Program-made: the position numbers and the translations under genes
The notes under the pieces: generated by a model
The model's database searches: none
Seen by the model: only the letters and a program-made list of their open reading frames with translations
What the model was told of the DNA's origin: nothing
Source: a virus
Taxonomy: Duplodnaviria; Caudoviricetes
Direction: 5' to 3' (one strand)
Virus record (IMG/VR): IMGVR_UViG_3300029305_005387
DNA: 64,000 bases
In this document: piece after piece, positions 1 through 11,542 of the stretch
How positions within the stretch are numbered: the stretch's first letter is position 1
How the letters are laid out: every line of letters begins with the position of its first letter

Positions 1-277
1 TAGTTTTTACAGATGATTTTAGATGATCAGATAAACCATCAATTTTTTCAATAGGTAATTGAGGGATATCGACTGTTTCTAAAGAACTAGAACCAGTAAT
101 TTGACCGTATTCATTATATGCCACTTTGATAGCAATTCCTGGTTTGATGCGTTCTGATTTAGGGATAAACATTTGCTTGTCAATTTTTAGAGCAGTTAGT
201 TTCTTATCTGTAGCTTGTATTTTAGATTCAACATCTAATAATCTACGCTGAATTGATTGTAGAATTTCTGGATTCAT
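1..277 (-). CDS. Partial CDS (runs off window start), tail-fibre-like virion protein
   Basis: Not in the ORF track. ATG at 277 preceded by AGGAGG. Translates MNPEILQSIQRRLLDVESKIQ...KVAYNEYGQITGSSSLETVDIPQLPIEKIDGL, resembling the KVxxxxxGxxT...DIPxL motif of phage fibres. Open to the window edge. Confidence 0.7.
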   Translation of the reverse strand, partial: MNPEILQSIQRRLLDVESKIQATDKKLTALKIDKQMFIPKSERIKPGIAIKVAYNEYGQITGSSSLETVDIPQLPIEKIDGLSDHLKSSVKT

Positions 278-332
278 AATGAAACCTCCTTTGACAATTT
301 TTGTAATACTTTAGACGTTGGTCAAGTCAGTC

Positions 333-345
333 AACGCTGTTATAA
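333..345 (+). promoter_or_regulatory. Late-type phage promoter motif AACG-N6-TAA
   Basis: aacgctgttataa. The same spacing recurs before several other genes. Confidence 0.5.
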
Positions 346-377
346 CTATTTTAATAGAAATGGAGTTGAGAAAATAT

Positions 378-3300
378 ATGCGTAATGGAATGTATGAAAA
401 TTTATGGAGTCCATTCGATCCGAAATGGTACCAAAAAGCTTTCGACAAATTTGTCAGTACAGCAGATCAATTATTCAATCAAAATGAAATAATTTCTCAA
501 GGTTTTGTACTTCCAGATGCGGATGGTTCTAAATCATCTGTATTTCGACGTGATGCTATACTGAATAATTCTTTCAATGAAACAGCATTACGCGAAACAT
601 TGAAAGATATCTACCTGAATAGTTCTCATAAATTAGTAGCATCTAATCATGATAACGTTCATTTCTTTCAATGGAATGGTACAATGAATGATGTTAGATT
701 TATTCCAAATACTAACATGTGTGAGATAGTTATTCCTACAGAAGGTTTTATATTTGATAAAACTCGTGATAAATATAAAATATCTCAATTTTATCGTAAA
801 TGGATTGATATCACTGATATTTACAATAATTGGGATATTTTCAAATGGAATTGTCTATTATTTATCAACCAGAGAATTTATTCAGAATACCAGTTGAGAA
901 TTGATGATCATGAAACTACTATTAGATTTAGATATGAGGATTTCTGGGTTAAACAAAACTATCCTATTTATATTTATAAATTTGATAGTAAATATCAGTG
1001 TAGATCTAAGATAACTCGTCAGCTGATGAATAATCAGTGGAATTGGAAAGTTCCTATTGATTACATTGATAAAAGAAATCTGAATTCAGATCATATTATA
1101 GTTGCTTTTAATAGAATTAACGATCAGAGTATTCGGTCAGATGGATTATTCAATGTTGATATTCTAGGGGACAATTTAGAATTTCTAACTGTAAAAGATG
1201 GATTTATAGATCTTTCTGAAATCAGTGATTTCAATAAAAGATTGATTAATAGTGAATCTAAAGAATGGTTATGGATGTCAATATTTGTTCCAAAGTTCTT
1301 ACACGAATTCCCTATTCTTATACCTACTGATATTATTTATAGACCATATCAAGCCAATATGGTTCCTGTATTCATAACTGCGAATGGAGCTCATCAACAA
1401 GTTCTAATGAACGAGTCAGAGATTGGTGAAGATAAAAAGGTTTATATTAATTTGGATGATAAAGAAGTAGTGTGGGATGATGGATGGCAATATATGATCC
1501 GTCCAGTAGTACTAGCTGATGCTTTTAATGTCAGTGAAAAAGATCCATATGTGACGTTATCAACTGATATTAGTTATTTACGAGATCTTACAATTAAAGG
1601 TGCAGATTTGATCGAAACATTTAGACTATTCATGATGGATTATAAAGAAGAATCTTTTCTTTCATATTGTGATTCCTTGGAAGTAATCATTAAAGACATC
1701 AAAGAATGTCATGATAAGTTCTTAAACGATCGACGTATAGTTCCTAACACTGAATATGATGATATTTATAATCAATTCATTGATTTGATGATAACTATAC
1801 GTAACGAAAAGAATTCATCAATTTATTTTCATAGGGAACATGGAAAGAAGTTAGATTTTTGGTCTTTTATTTCTCCTCTGATTTATATTCCTAGAAATCT
1901 TGTTGATAAATATTATGTGACTACGATTATGTCGCATATTAATAAATCAACAGTATGGGAAGATTTTGATCAGAATATGAATAAACATCGTTTCCGTAGA
2001 CCTGTCGATGTATCTGATTTTTGGACATTTGAATATGATATGGATAATAATGTTTGGCGTCCTTGTATTTTAAACATTGAAAGACATTTTCCTGATGTAT
2101 ATTTAATGAATGATCCAAAAGAAGATAATCCTACTCCTAATAGAATTTTTAAATCATTTTTCTTTTATTCTGATACTCCTAATGTTGTAAAACAATCTGA
2201 AGATATTATCAGAGCTACTTATTCATGGGATAAGGATGTTGAAGAATATGAATTTGAAAATGGATCTGTTTATCGTGATATTTTCATGGAAAAATTTTAT
2301 TGGATGGGAATTAAAGCAATTTATAAAGGAATAATTGTTTCTAATTATAGGTGGGAAGTTCTTGAATATGTTAAGGATAATCCTTCATATGAAAGATTTA
2401 ATGAATTATTCTTAAATACAATGGATCCGTATTTTAAAATGGGTCTTGCTACATATTTAAAGAGTGATAATTTTGAATTTCCATTTGACGAAGCAGTTGA
2501 TAAGCTAAATGAACGAATTAATCAAGACTTCATTGGATATAAAAGAGTTAATAACTTTGAGATGTATCTAAATAAAACATGGATTCCATCTTATTTTGAT
2601 CACATTGTCAAAATAATGAAAGATATTGATTGGAGTAGTAAACTTATTAGACGTCCAAGAGATAGTTTTGATACTAAACGTTTATATCCTTTATTAATGA
2701 ACACACAAAAACAGATTCATGAATTAGTGTCTGAACTTCATACAGAAATTGATTGGATCTTGAATGAAATTGCAATGAGAGATTATGATATCGATAATAT
2801 TTATCTATTGCAATTGAAAGAATATACTACAAAATTAGATCTAATCAGTATTGATTCTTATGAGTATATCAATACATTAGATATGGATATTTATTCCATT
2901 GATGATGTTAATGATCTTGCAAATATTCTTGATAAATATTTTGATACTATCAATATGATTGAATATCAGTTTGCTTTATTACAACAGAGAACACCAGGTC
3001 CTACAAGTGCTAAAGATAAACTAAAAATTATTGAAGGTATTCATAATATTATTTTAAATGAATATAATGAAACTGTCACCATTATGGGTTCAATGATTCA
3101 ATCGTTTAATATTGAAGAATTCATGAGAGCTGTAAATGATCCAGCATTTTTTAATGAATTAAATCATAAAGACGATAGTTCATTAATAGGTATGATTAAT
3201 CAGTTTACGTATCAATGGCCATTATATGTTCAAGAAGCAAGAAACGAATTATATGTATCAACTACAAAGTTGTGGTCTAAATTTGATACGACTAAATCAT

Positions 3301-6300
3301 ACCAAAGACATGAAATAGAAGAATTTGTAGCTATTGCTTCAAAGGTATCTTTGGATATTTATAATCTAAATGAAACAATTACTCAGTATTGGTCAGAGAC
3401 TCAGACTAATGGTGATGAGAAAATTATTTCTCATATGGAATTTGCCACAGAACGTATTTCTGAACTTGTAAAAGATCTTGATATATTTACAATTCATCAG
3501 GATAATTTAATTCAGTTAATTGATTCTATTAGAATGATGATTATTAACACAGAACCTTGTGGAATTAGTGAAAGAGAAGATTCATTTATAGAGACAATTG
3601 ATTCTAAACTTGATGAAACTGTTACATCTTTATCATATTTAACTGGTGAAAACAAGGGAGAAGAAGCAAAATCTCTATATAATAATATACTTTCATTAAC
3701 GAATGAATGGGAAGAATATGTTAGACAAGAGATTATTGTTCTGGAAAGAATTGGTTCTTTAGCTGCAGATCCTGTATTATTCCTTGAATTGATTAATAAA
3801 CTCAGTAACTATAATAAATCAATGATCGAATATATGAGGACTGTAAATAATGAATTTATTCCTGATATCGATACTCCTTCATATTCAGATATCTATGAAA
3901 TTAATCAGATTGAGTTAGTAACTGGAGGATTCAATAATAAGGTTGGTGATGAAGTATTTATACCTAACTTAGGTTCTTATAGAATCACTTCAGTAAGTGG
4001 AGAAGTAGCTACAGCAGAATCCATTGATAAACTTAATTATAGGAATACTTCATTCAGAAATCCTTGCTGGCAGAGCAATCTCTATGATGGAATTACTAAT
4101 GGAGATGGAATCGGTATATCTGTAAAGGCTATTTCTGCAACCAAACAGGTGATCATTAACGATACTTTAGCTGAACGATTTGTTTCTCGTATAAAAAATG
4201 TAGTTTATATGATAACTCGTGACGTTGAATTCATTAATCCTCATAACAATTCATATGTAGAGAATACAATTTCTACAATTCAAGATATTCAATCTGAATG
4301 GGAAAACATTCAATCTTTTTATGTAGATTATATGTCAGAGGGGATAAAGACAAGTTGTGTTGATATGATAAACAGTGTTTCAACTATACTTGAAGATCTA
4401 AATAATTTTATAAATGTAAGATCTAAAAATGATTTAACAACATTACTTTCAGATTTTGAAAACTTTATTTTTACTACTTATTCATTATTTGAATCAAATA
4501 GAAAAAATTCTCCAACTTATATCTATTTTGATAACAGATTGAGAGTAGTTTATAATGAAGGACTTGAATATAGAGGTAATGGAACTTCTTGGAATGATAA
4601 AGATGAATTAATCAATGTATTGAATAATTTGGAATATGAATTAGAACTATTCAATCGAAAAATTATCAAAGAATCTTCGGAAATGAATGGCATTAATAAT
4701 ATTATCACTTTATATGATTCAATGATAATTATGATTAATAATTTCAAAACAAATTTAGATGATACTTCATCACAACAGGAAATTGTTAGAAATAAAATCT
4801 CCGAAATATCATCTGATATTGATAACATTCCTCAGGAGTTTCATAGAGATATTTGGTATAATTTGCAAAATGTCGTAGTTGGTAAATCCGGTGCAGGATA
4901 TGATGTTGGTGATATCGTAGAACTTATTCCACAATTACCAAATATTTATGAGGAAGATCAAATCTTTATGATCATGAATGATGTTATTCTAATTAGAATA
5001 ACTCAGGTAAATGATAATGGAGAAGTATTAAAAGCAGAACCATTAATGAATTATGCAATACCATATCTAGTTTGGGGAGTAAGAGAAACAAAAACTAGAG
5101 TTGGTAATGGATCCGGTCTAGTTGTAAATGTTTATGCAAATGAAGTAACGTTGTCTGATAGTAAATTATTCCTTGATAAATCTTCTGATATAATTTTACC
5201 TAAACAATTTGATCAGAATGATTTATTGACATTTAAGTTTGAAAATATTCACGATCTTCCAATCGACTATGAAGTTTTCTTTGCTGGTAAACAGATGAGG
5301 GACTTTATTATTAGACACGAAAGTGTTAATAATCATTTATATCCTCAAGAGATTGATGTGATTTATTTAAATGCTAATGAAGTACTTGCATTAGGAGATT
5401 CATCAATTTATACTGAAGGAGAACATTATTTCGTATATAAACTTGATAGTGTTGAAATTTTAGATCCTGGTGCCGGTTATACTGAAGGACAAGAAATTAT
5501 TATTAATACTGGACAGTTAGCTTTAAAACTGAAAGTATCCAAGTTGACTAATGATCCATTAAAAGGTATCGCTGGTATTGAAATGATTTCTAATAAAACT
5601 ACCTTTAATGGAACTGATCCGACTTCAGATGAAGCATTCGTTGTCAAAGATACATTAAATAATATTGATGATGAGTTTCATGTTAGTGAATATGATAAAC
5701 TAACAGCTGAAGGATCTACAAAGGGTGCAGCAATAACACTCGATCCGGAAGATTATCCATTTACTTCCAGACGTTTTGATGATTTGGAAGATGGAGATCG
5801 TAATAAAACGTTTATGTATCCTGATGTAGAAAATGTTACTGATATTCATGGAGATCCAGATAATGGAACATATTTAGGAAGTAGAATAGATAACTCTGAA
5901 CATCCTATGAGTGATTCACGAGAATGGAATGGTATTATGAATACTATTTCACCTGCTGATCCTATAATTCCTGTAGAAAATAGAGTTCCAACTAGTAAAC
6001 CGATTAAAGGTGAATATCAGGATATTAAACAATTAAGAATTCATAATTCTGAAATTCCTAAAATTGAATCATTAACGGAAGAGTATATAGCTGATCTAGT
6101 AGATGGTTCAATTGATGCATCTGAACCAGGACCTTTTGAGGTACATGGAAAATCAATAGAAGGAATACCTGATGAAGATGTAATTGGAATGATTGAAGGA
6201 ACATATGTACCAAAAGGTACTCCGACAGTTACAGTTGATGGTGAGATTATTAAAGCTATTGATTTTACAAAAGTTAGGGATCTCATTTATGGTAATATTG

Positions 6301-8837
6301 AAGGAGTAGAAAATCCTGGTGCATATATGGATACTTGCTTAGTGAGTTCAGATATTACTGATATTAATGATAAAATTATTAATAATTATGCTATGATTAG
6401 TGGAGATATAACTGTCCAAACTTATGCAAGTATTCCTAAACACATTGATGAATGGCCTGAAACTTCTGTGGGAAAAACTGTTATAGTTGAAAATGATGAA
6501 ACACATGAAGGACATCGAATGATATATCGAGTAAGAACATTTGTAGTTAGTGGTTATATAATATATGATGAACCAGAGATTGCTGATTATAAATGGAATT
6601 ATTTTGATATTGATTGGATGAAAGTTGATTTCTATCCAGATTTTCCTACATTAAAGGCTCAGTATCCATCTGATAAATGGAGGGAATCGACTCTGTATCG
6701 AATTGTACAAAGAGATATTAGAGATGAAAAGATTCAAAGAGTTGTAACTCCACGAGTTCATGAAGGTTCTTATATTCACGATTTAACAATTGATGATCTT
6801 TCAGTTTATAACTTCACCGAACAAAGATGGGAAGATCTTTATGATGAAAATCGTTGGAAATTGGAAGTTCGAAATGATTCTGAAAAGAATGATTATGGTT
6901 TTAGACTAACATTCTTAGAAGATGGATATTATGATTATAACATGAGATTGTATCTGAATAAGATACCTGAAACACAAATGAGAAATGCTGAACTTAAAAG
7001 ACCTGCTACATTTAAAATTGTTGCAAGTATTTGTGGTGAAGTAAATACTCATAATACGAATTATTCAATTAATACTGGTAGAGATTTGAGGATTCGTAAA
7101 CTATTCCCATATGAACAAAAAGAAACATTCACCATTGGTGGAAAAGATGAAAATGGCAATCTATTAGGTTATGAAATGAATTTTAAACTTGCAAATTATA
7201 TTCATTACAAAAATGAAATTCATCTGGAAGATATTAAAATTTATAACAAATCTGCAGATCGTTTTGAAAATGTAATGGATCCAAAAATGTTTGAAGTTCG
7301 TTTTAAAGATGATCGAGCTGTTAGTAGAGGATACGAAACTCAAACAGTCATTATTCAATCTTTGATTTCTAAAGTGGGAGAATCTTTTACTGACGGGAAT
7401 GTATGGGGTTGGAATGAAGAATATGGAATTCATATCTTTGGTACTATCACAGCTGATTTCTTAAATGAAGGACACATGTTGACATTTACGCCTCTTCATT
7501 GTCCTAATCCACCAAAGGAAGATATTTCCATTGAGTTTGATATTTATCAACATGATTGTCAGACAGAGTATCAGTGTGGTAAAGTTGTCATAGAATTCCA
7601 AACTCAGAAAGTAGAAGTATGGGGAGATGGATATCAACATAATGTTTCTAATCCAATGGCTCCAGTACCTAGAGAATTCAAAATTATTTGTCAATATGAT
7701 CTTGATGAACCTACTGAGTATGAAGTAATTGTTAATAAGACTTCTCAGAAATGGACATTTGTGGAAGATAGTTATAAAGTATTTCCAACATTCCATCTAC
7801 CGGATGTAAATATCCAACATGATAGACTTTATATCATGACTGATAAAGGTCGATTCCCTCTGGTTAATCCATCAACTTATAAACCATCAATGAATGTTGT
7901 ACAAGGTGAACACGGTACTGATGTAACTTTCTTGAATCTCTATAATAAAAATGAACACTTAGAGATACACGCAGTTCCATATTCAATGAAGTCAGTTTAT
8001 GTACAGAGAAGAGTTCCAAGTCATGGATTTATTGATCTTAAAGGTAAAATTAATAAACCTTTAAACAAAAAATATTTTGAATTCTGGATGAATGGTAGAC
8101 TTTTATTTGATGAAGTAACTATCATTAGTCCAACTAAGATATTCTTACATGGATTGAAATCTTTAAGAAACTTTGAAATTATTGAAATTGATAGAGATCC
8201 TAATGAATATTTTAGTGATAATTTCTTAACAGTAGAAAAGAATGAATATGGACGTCCATATAGAGTATGGGATTTTACAACTTATTTAGACGATGCTCTT
8301 GAAGGAAATCTGGAAGGAGATAATTATACTCCTGAAGAACAGGAATATTTATTAACACCTGTATGGAAACAAGTGGAACGTGAACATCCTGAATTCAAGA
8401 ACTTCCCACCTAATCAGGATTTAGAAGCTGATATTCTTTTAAGAATTGATGATTATACTGAATTTAAAGATGTCGATGTTCCTGGGTATCAGTTTACTGT
8501 AATTAATGTTCCTACTATTGAAGGAGTTCCAATTACTGGACGTACATTAAGATTTTCTCAATTCGGATTTCTACCAATTACTGAGAGTATGATTATTGAT
8601 ATGCTTAATCAAGAATGGGCTGCAGAAATTGCTGCTGGACAAATACCAGATCATAGCATTGTAAGTGAGGATGAATGGTATGGTATCTCAGTAAGAATGT
8701 ATAATGAATATGGAGATTTGGTTCATTCATTAGAAGAAGCAGCTTATTACATCTTTGACGATGACTTATTGAGAATCAATACAAATACTAACATCAGTAG
8801 AATTGTACAAAAAACAATTGAATATGACTTATCTTAA
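378..8837 (+). CDS. Very large (~2820 aa) putative virion structural protein (baseplate/tail associated)
   Basis: ORF 318..8837. Likely start is ATG 378 (GGAG at 362-365, late-type motif at 333-345). Repeated GxG(Y/F)xxG(D/Q) beta motifs, a long helical middle and no enzyme motif, as is typical of jumbo phage structural proteins. Confidence 0.6.
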   Translation: MRNGMYENLWSPFDPKWYQKAFDKFVSTADQLFNQNEIISQGFVLPDADGSKSSVFRRDAILNNSFNETALRETLKDIYLNSSHKLVASNHDNVHFFQWNGTMNDVRFIPNTNMCEIVIPTEGFIFDKTRDKYKISQFYRKWIDITDIYNNWDIFKWNCLLFINQRIYSEYQLRIDDHETTIRFRYEDFWVKQNYPIYIYKFDSKYQCRSKITRQLMNNQWNWKVPIDYIDKRNLNSDHIIVAFNRINDQSIRSDGLFNVDILGDNLEFLTVKDGFIDLSEISDFNKRLINSESKEWLWMSIFVPKFLHEFPILIPTDIIYRPYQANMVPVFITANGAHQQVLMNESEIGEDKKVYINLDDKEVVWDDGWQYMIRPVVLADAFNVSEKDPYVTLSTDISYLRDLTIKGADLIETFRLFMMDYKEESFLSYCDSLEVIIKDIKECHDKFLNDRRIVPNTEYDDIYNQFIDLMITIRNEKNSSIYFHREHGKKLDFWSFISPLIYIPRNLVDKYYVTTIMSHINKSTVWEDFDQNMNKHRFRRPVDVSDFWTFEYDMDNNVWRPCILNIERHFPDVYLMNDPKEDNPTPNRIFKSFFFYSDTPNVVKQSEDIIRATYSWDKDVEEYEFENGSVYRDIFMEKFYWMGIKAIYKGIIVSNYRWEVLEYVKDNPSYERFNELFLNTMDPYFKMGLATYLKSDNFEFPFDEAVDKLNERINQDFIGYKRVNNFEMYLNKTWIPSYFDHIVKIMKDIDWSSKLIRRPRDSFDTKRLYPLLMNTQKQIHELVSELHTEIDWILNEIAMRDYDIDNIYLLQLKEYTTKLDLISIDSYEYINTLDMDIYSIDDVNDLANILDKYFDTINMIEYQFALLQQRTPGPTSAKDKLKIIEGIHNIILNEYNETVTIMGSMIQSFNIEEFMRAVNDPAFFNELNHKDDSSLIGMINQFTYQWPLYVQEARNELYVSTTKLWSKFDTTKSYQRHEIEEFVAIASKVSLDIYNLNETITQYWSETQTNGDEKIISHMEFATERISELVKDLDIFTIHQDNLIQLIDSIRMMIINTEPCGISEREDSFIETIDSKLDETVTSLSYLTGENKGEEAKSLYNNILSLTNEWEEYVRQEIIVLERIGSLAADPVLFLELINKLSNYNKSMIEYMRTVNNEFIPDIDTPSYSDIYEINQIELVTGGFNNKVGDEVFIPNLGSYRITSVSGEVATAESIDKLNYRNTSFRNPCWQSNLYDGITNGDGIGISVKAISATKQVIINDTLAERFVSRIKNVVYMITRDVEFINPHNNSYVENTISTIQDIQSEWENIQSFYVDYMSEGIKTSCVDMINSVSTILEDLNNFINVRSKNDLTTLLSDFENFIFTTYSLFESNRKNSPTYIYFDNRLRVVYNEGLEYRGNGTSWNDKDELINVLNNLEYELELFNRKIIKESSEMNGINNIITLYDSMIIMINNFKTNLDDTSSQQEIVRNKISEISSDIDNIPQEFHRDIWYNLQNVVVGKSGAGYDVGDIVELIPQLPNIYEEDQIFMIMNDVILIRITQVNDNGEVLKAEPLMNYAIPYLVWGVRETKTRVGNGSGLVVNVYANEVTLSDSKLFLDKSSDIILPKQFDQNDLLTFKFENIHDLPIDYEVFFAGKQMRDFIIRHESVNNHLYPQEIDVIYLNANEVLALGDSSIYTEGEHYFVYKLDSVEILDPGAGYTEGQEIIINTGQLALKLKVSKLTNDPLKGIAGIEMISNKTTFNGTDPTSDEAFVVKDTLNNIDDEFHVSEYDKLTAEGSTKGAAITLDPEDYPFTSRRFDDLEDGDRNKTFMYPDVENVTDIHGDPDNGTYLGSRIDNSEHPMSDSREWNGIMNTISPADPIIPVENRVPTSKPIKGEYQDIKQLRIHNSEIPKIESLTEEYIADLVDGSIDASEPGPFEVHGKSIEGIPDEDVIGMIEGTYVPKGTPTVTVDGEIIKAIDFTKVRDLIYGNIEGVENPGAYMDTCLVSSDITDINDKIINNYAMISGDITVQTYASIPKHIDEWPETSVGKTVIVENDETHEGHRMIYRVRTFVVSGYIIYDEPEIADYKWNYFDIDWMKVDFYPDFPTLKAQYPSDKWRESTLYRIVQRDIRDEKIQRVVTPRVHEGSYIHDLTIDDLSVYNFTEQRWEDLYDENRWKLEVRNDSEKNDYGFRLTFLEDGYYDYNMRLYLNKIPETQMRNAELKRPATFKIVASICGEVNTHNTNYSINTGRDLRIRKLFPYEQKETFTIGGKDENGNLLGYEMNFKLANYIHYKNEIHLEDIKIYNKSADRFENVMDPKMFEVRFKDDRAVSRGYETQTVIIQSLISKVGESFTDGNVWGWNEEYGIHIFGTITADFLNEGHMLTFTPLHCPNPPKEDISIEFDIYQHDCQTEYQCGKVVIEFQTQKVEVWGDGYQHNVSNPMAPVPREFKIICQYDLDEPTEYEVIVNKTSQKWTFVEDSYKVFPTFHLPDVNIQHDRLYIMTDKGRFPLVNPSTYKPSMNVVQGEHGTDVTFLNLYNKNEHLEIHAVPYSMKSVYVQRRVPSHGFIDLKGKINKPLNKKYFEFWMNGRLLFDEVTIISPTKIFLHGLKSLRNFEIIEIDRDPNEYFSDNFLTVEKNEYGRPYRVWDFTTYLDDALEGNLEGDNYTPEEQEYLLTPVWKQVEREHPEFKNFPPNQDLEADILLRIDDYTEFKDVDVPGYQFTVINVPTIEGVPITGRTLRFSQFGFLPITESMIIDMLNQEWAAEIAAGQIPDHSIVSEDEWYGISVRMYNEYGDLVHSLEEAAYYIFDDDLLRINTNTNISRIVQKTIEYDLS

Positions 8838-8839
8838 CA

Positions 8840-8876
8840 AAAAGAAAGGAGGTCCATAATGGACCTCCTTTCTTTT
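8840..8876. terminator. Bidirectional intrinsic terminator
   Basis: aaaagaaaggaggtcca-taa-tggacctcctttctttt perfect inverted repeat between convergent genes. Confidence 0.85.
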
Positions 8877-8897
8877 GATGGTTTAATCATTTAGATA

Positions 8898-9476
8898 TTA
8901 ATCTTCATCATCCTCATCATTTACATTGTGATTGATGTGATGATTGTGAACGGTTTTTGTACTTTCATCTGTCTTGGTTTTACGCTTGTCATCTCTGCCG
9001 TATGTGTTGATTACTACATTAGGAACTGCTGGAGTCATTCTAATTTCTGTAATCTTATTGGAAATTTCATCAATATCATCTTCGATAAGATCGACGTCAT
9101 CGATAATAATGTCAAGTTTTTCAAGTTGTTCTACGATATGATCAAGCATGTATCCAATGTGATTAATCTTCTTATCCATCGCGATCATATGGTGTGCGAG
9201 TACGTCGAAAAATTCATCATCATCAGCTTCATCCTCATTATTAGCTTCACATTCACAGTCACATTTCTCACATCCGCAGATCTTTTCATTCTGTTCTACA
9301 TTCTTGCAATCTTCTTCTTCGCATTCTTCATCGGCTGTAATATTTGAGAATTTCTCACTTAGAAACTTCTGGAGACCCTCGCTGTCCATGATGAAAACCT
9401 TGTGATCAGAATTACCGATGATCTTTTCAAGCATTTCCTGGATATTGGTCTTTTCATTCTTGTTGTTCTTGCACAT
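8898..9476 (-). CDS. Hypothetical acidic protein with a Cys cluster and coiled coil
   Basis: 192-aa ORF, AGGAGG SD, CGCEKCDCEC segment followed by heptad repeats. Confidence 0.75.
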   Translation of the reverse strand: MCKNNKNEKTNIQEMLEKIIGNSDHKVFIMDSEGLQKFLSEKFSNITADEECEEEDCKNVEQNEKICGCEKCDCECEANNEDEADDDEFFDVLAHHMIAMDKKINHIGYMLDHIVEQLEKLDIIIDDVDLIEDDIDEISNKITEIRMTPAVPNVVINTYGRDDKRKTKTDESTKTVHNHHINHNVNDEDDED

Positions 9477-9551
9477 AATAATTTCCTCCTTAGGTGTTAT
9501 AAAGTTGATAAGGTATTTATGTAAAGATATATTTCAATCTTTATCACATTT

Positions 9552-9601
9552 ATAATATATCATTAAAAATCGTATATCTACGCTATAATACTATATATTC
9601 T
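9552..9601. promoter_or_regulatory. Divergent early-type promoter motifs
   Basis: GATATATTAT on - (9552-9561) and TATATATTCT on + (9592-9601), each upstream of a gene. Confidence 0.55.
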
Positions 9602-9666
9602 CTATGTAGATAATGATGAAAGTAATTATCAAATAAACTATAAAAATACACAAGGAGGGTTCTATT

Positions 9667-10452
9667 ATGAAGAACACAAATATTATTACAAACCAGGTTA
9701 TGGATTTCGAGATGGCTGTCAATGTTATCGATCTCATGGTTGCTGCAGGTAGAAAACAAGAATTAATTGATACAGAATTTGGTCGCATCTGCTTTGAAGT
9801 CCGTAATGATATTAACGCAACAACACTTTCTCACTTTTCTATGTTCGCAGATGTTGTTTCAACTACTAAATTCTGGGATTCATGTAGAAGTAAAAAATGT
9901 GATTACTACATTGGGATCATTAATACAAAAGATAAAACTTTGAGAAAAACAGCTATTGTTAGAGGTCTTTGTTACTGCTTGATTAATTATCTTACTGATA
10001 ATAATGCTAATGAATCTGATACTGACTTATTGACAGCTGCTTATATTGAATCTATGCGAGATTACAATTTCACTTATACTCTTGCAAAGAAGATCATTGA
10101 ACATAAGTATGGTGTATTAAATGTATTCGGTAAACGCAATGAACGTTACATGCTTATTGATACATTACAGAAGAACATCAATACAGAATGTCACAAAGCA
10201 GAGCGTGAAAATCATAAGACAATCGAAAATGTAATTAGTGCAGTTACTGAAGGTATCGGTATTTTCTCCAATAAATATAATCATGATTTCTGGACAACTG
10301 TCATGACTAGATCTGTTAAGATTATTTATCCTTACACAACTAAATTCTATGCAATCAACGATGATTTCAAGATTGAAGAAACAATGACAGTTATTAAGTA
10401 TATTAAACATTGTCTTGTAGTTATTAAAGAAGAGGAGGACAAGCGTGCATAA
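9667..10452 (+). CDS. Hypothetical protein, paralog of 10922..11542
   Basis: 261-aa ORF with AGGAGG SD. Shares D(F/I)ExAV, (T/S)(E/D)FG and ESxxxYxxT blocks with the 10922 protein. Confidence 0.8.
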   Translation: MKNTNIITNQVMDFEMAVNVIDLMVAAGRKQELIDTEFGRICFEVRNDINATTLSHFSMFADVVSTTKFWDSCRSKKCDYYIGIINTKDKTLRKTAIVRGLCYCLINYLTDNNANESDTDLLTAAYIESMRDYNFTYTLAKKIIEHKYGVLNVFGKRNERYMLIDTLQKNINTECHKAERENHKTIENVISAVTEGIGIFSNKYNHDFWTTVMTRSVKIIYPYTTKFYAINDDFKIEETMTVIKYIKHCLVVIKEEEDKRA

Positions 10453-10903
10453 TATAGAAGAATTCTGCAGATTATATCAAGTGCATGAAAGCAAAGATAA
10501 AAAGTTCTATTTCAAGTATACTGCTTTCCTTGCTGGAAAATATGCACAGAGTTTAAGTAATTATATCAATTCATTGATGTCATTATCAATGATTGATCAG
10601 GAAGTTCAAAGAGTTGTATCAGTGTTTCAGATGTCCATTAATAATGGAAAAGCCATAGCAATTAATGTGAAAGGTATCTCAGAATCATTTACATCAATAT
10701 CTTTTGATGAGAATCCTGAAAACATTATATTGGCTATGAAAGATTGTATTGTTAGAATGTTACCAGTGGCAGATGTATTTCTGCCACTCATCAATATCCT
10801 AATAAGTCAGGAATTTGATGTTGACGGAACAACTGATTTACTTAGTATTATGGATGATTTCCATAAAACTTATGACCAACTTACACAATTAGAAAAGAAT
10901 TGA
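10445..10903 (+). CDS. Hypothetical protein
   Basis: 152-aa ORF, GTG start after GAGGAGG, coupled to the upstream stop. Confidence 0.75.
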   Translation: MHNIEEFCRLYQVHESKDKKFYFKYTAFLAGKYAQSLSNYINSLMSLSMIDQEVQRVVSVFQMSINNGKAIAINVKGISESFTSISFDENPENIILAMKDCIVRMLPVADVFLPLINILISQEFDVDGTTDLLSIMDDFHKTYDQLTQLEKN

Positions 10904-10921
10904 AGAGAGGGAGATTTACTT

Positions 10922-11542
10922 ATGAAAACCGAAAATAGACCAGTTGATATTGAAACTGCAGTTGAAATGATTATGTTAGGAATGAACTCGATTAGTGATG
11001 GAATTGTTATTAATTCCGATTTTGGAATTTTAGCAATTGAATTTGTCACTTCAGTATTTGATCCAATGGATCCAGTTTACGTGGATTACTGGCATAGTGC
11101 ACCTAATAGTGATTGGTGTATTAGACATAGAAATATCCATGCTGATATTTATCTCCAGATCGGAGTAAACGATAAGAACTCCAGAAAATGGAATCATTTA
11201 GTTGCAGTATCAGCAATTCACAAAGCGATGTTCTTAAAGATGAAAAATATGGATGTACCTAGAGAACTTATTGATGCTGCTGTTATTTGTTATAACGAGT
11301 CATATCACAAGTATCATTACACAATGAATTGGCTTGAAGAGGAATTCATGAAAACAAACATGGGTTTCCTTAACTATTCAAACAATACAATCAGAGCTAT
11401 CATCAGAGATAATTTTGAGATGAGAATCAAGCTAGCAAAACAGCTTATCGATTCCAATCGAAAAGGAAAAGAAAATTTATTATTTTACCATCCAAATCTT
11501 ACGATCTATGGATGTGAAATTCTTGCACTAATCAACGGATAA
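10922..11542 (+). CDS. Hypothetical protein, paralog of 9667..10452
   Basis: 206-aa ORF with GAGGGAG SD. Confidence 0.8.
   Translation: MKTENRPVDIETAVEMIMLGMNSISDGIVINSDFGILAIEFVTSVFDPMDPVYVDYWHSAPNSDWCIRHRNIHADIYLQIGVNDKNSRKWNHLVAVSAIHKAMFLKMKNMDVPRELIDAAVICYNESYHKYHYTMNWLEEEFMKTNMGFLNYSNNTIRAIIRDNFEMRIKLAKQLIDSNRKGKENLLFYHPNLTIYGCEILALING

Noticed and set aside
4550-7796. Short antisense ORFs inside the 2.8-kaa gene, and similar ORFs nested in other long genes (e.g. 40326..40823, 60034..60480, 49184..49444)
   Set aside because: Shadow frames of real genes, with no SD or recognisable motifs.
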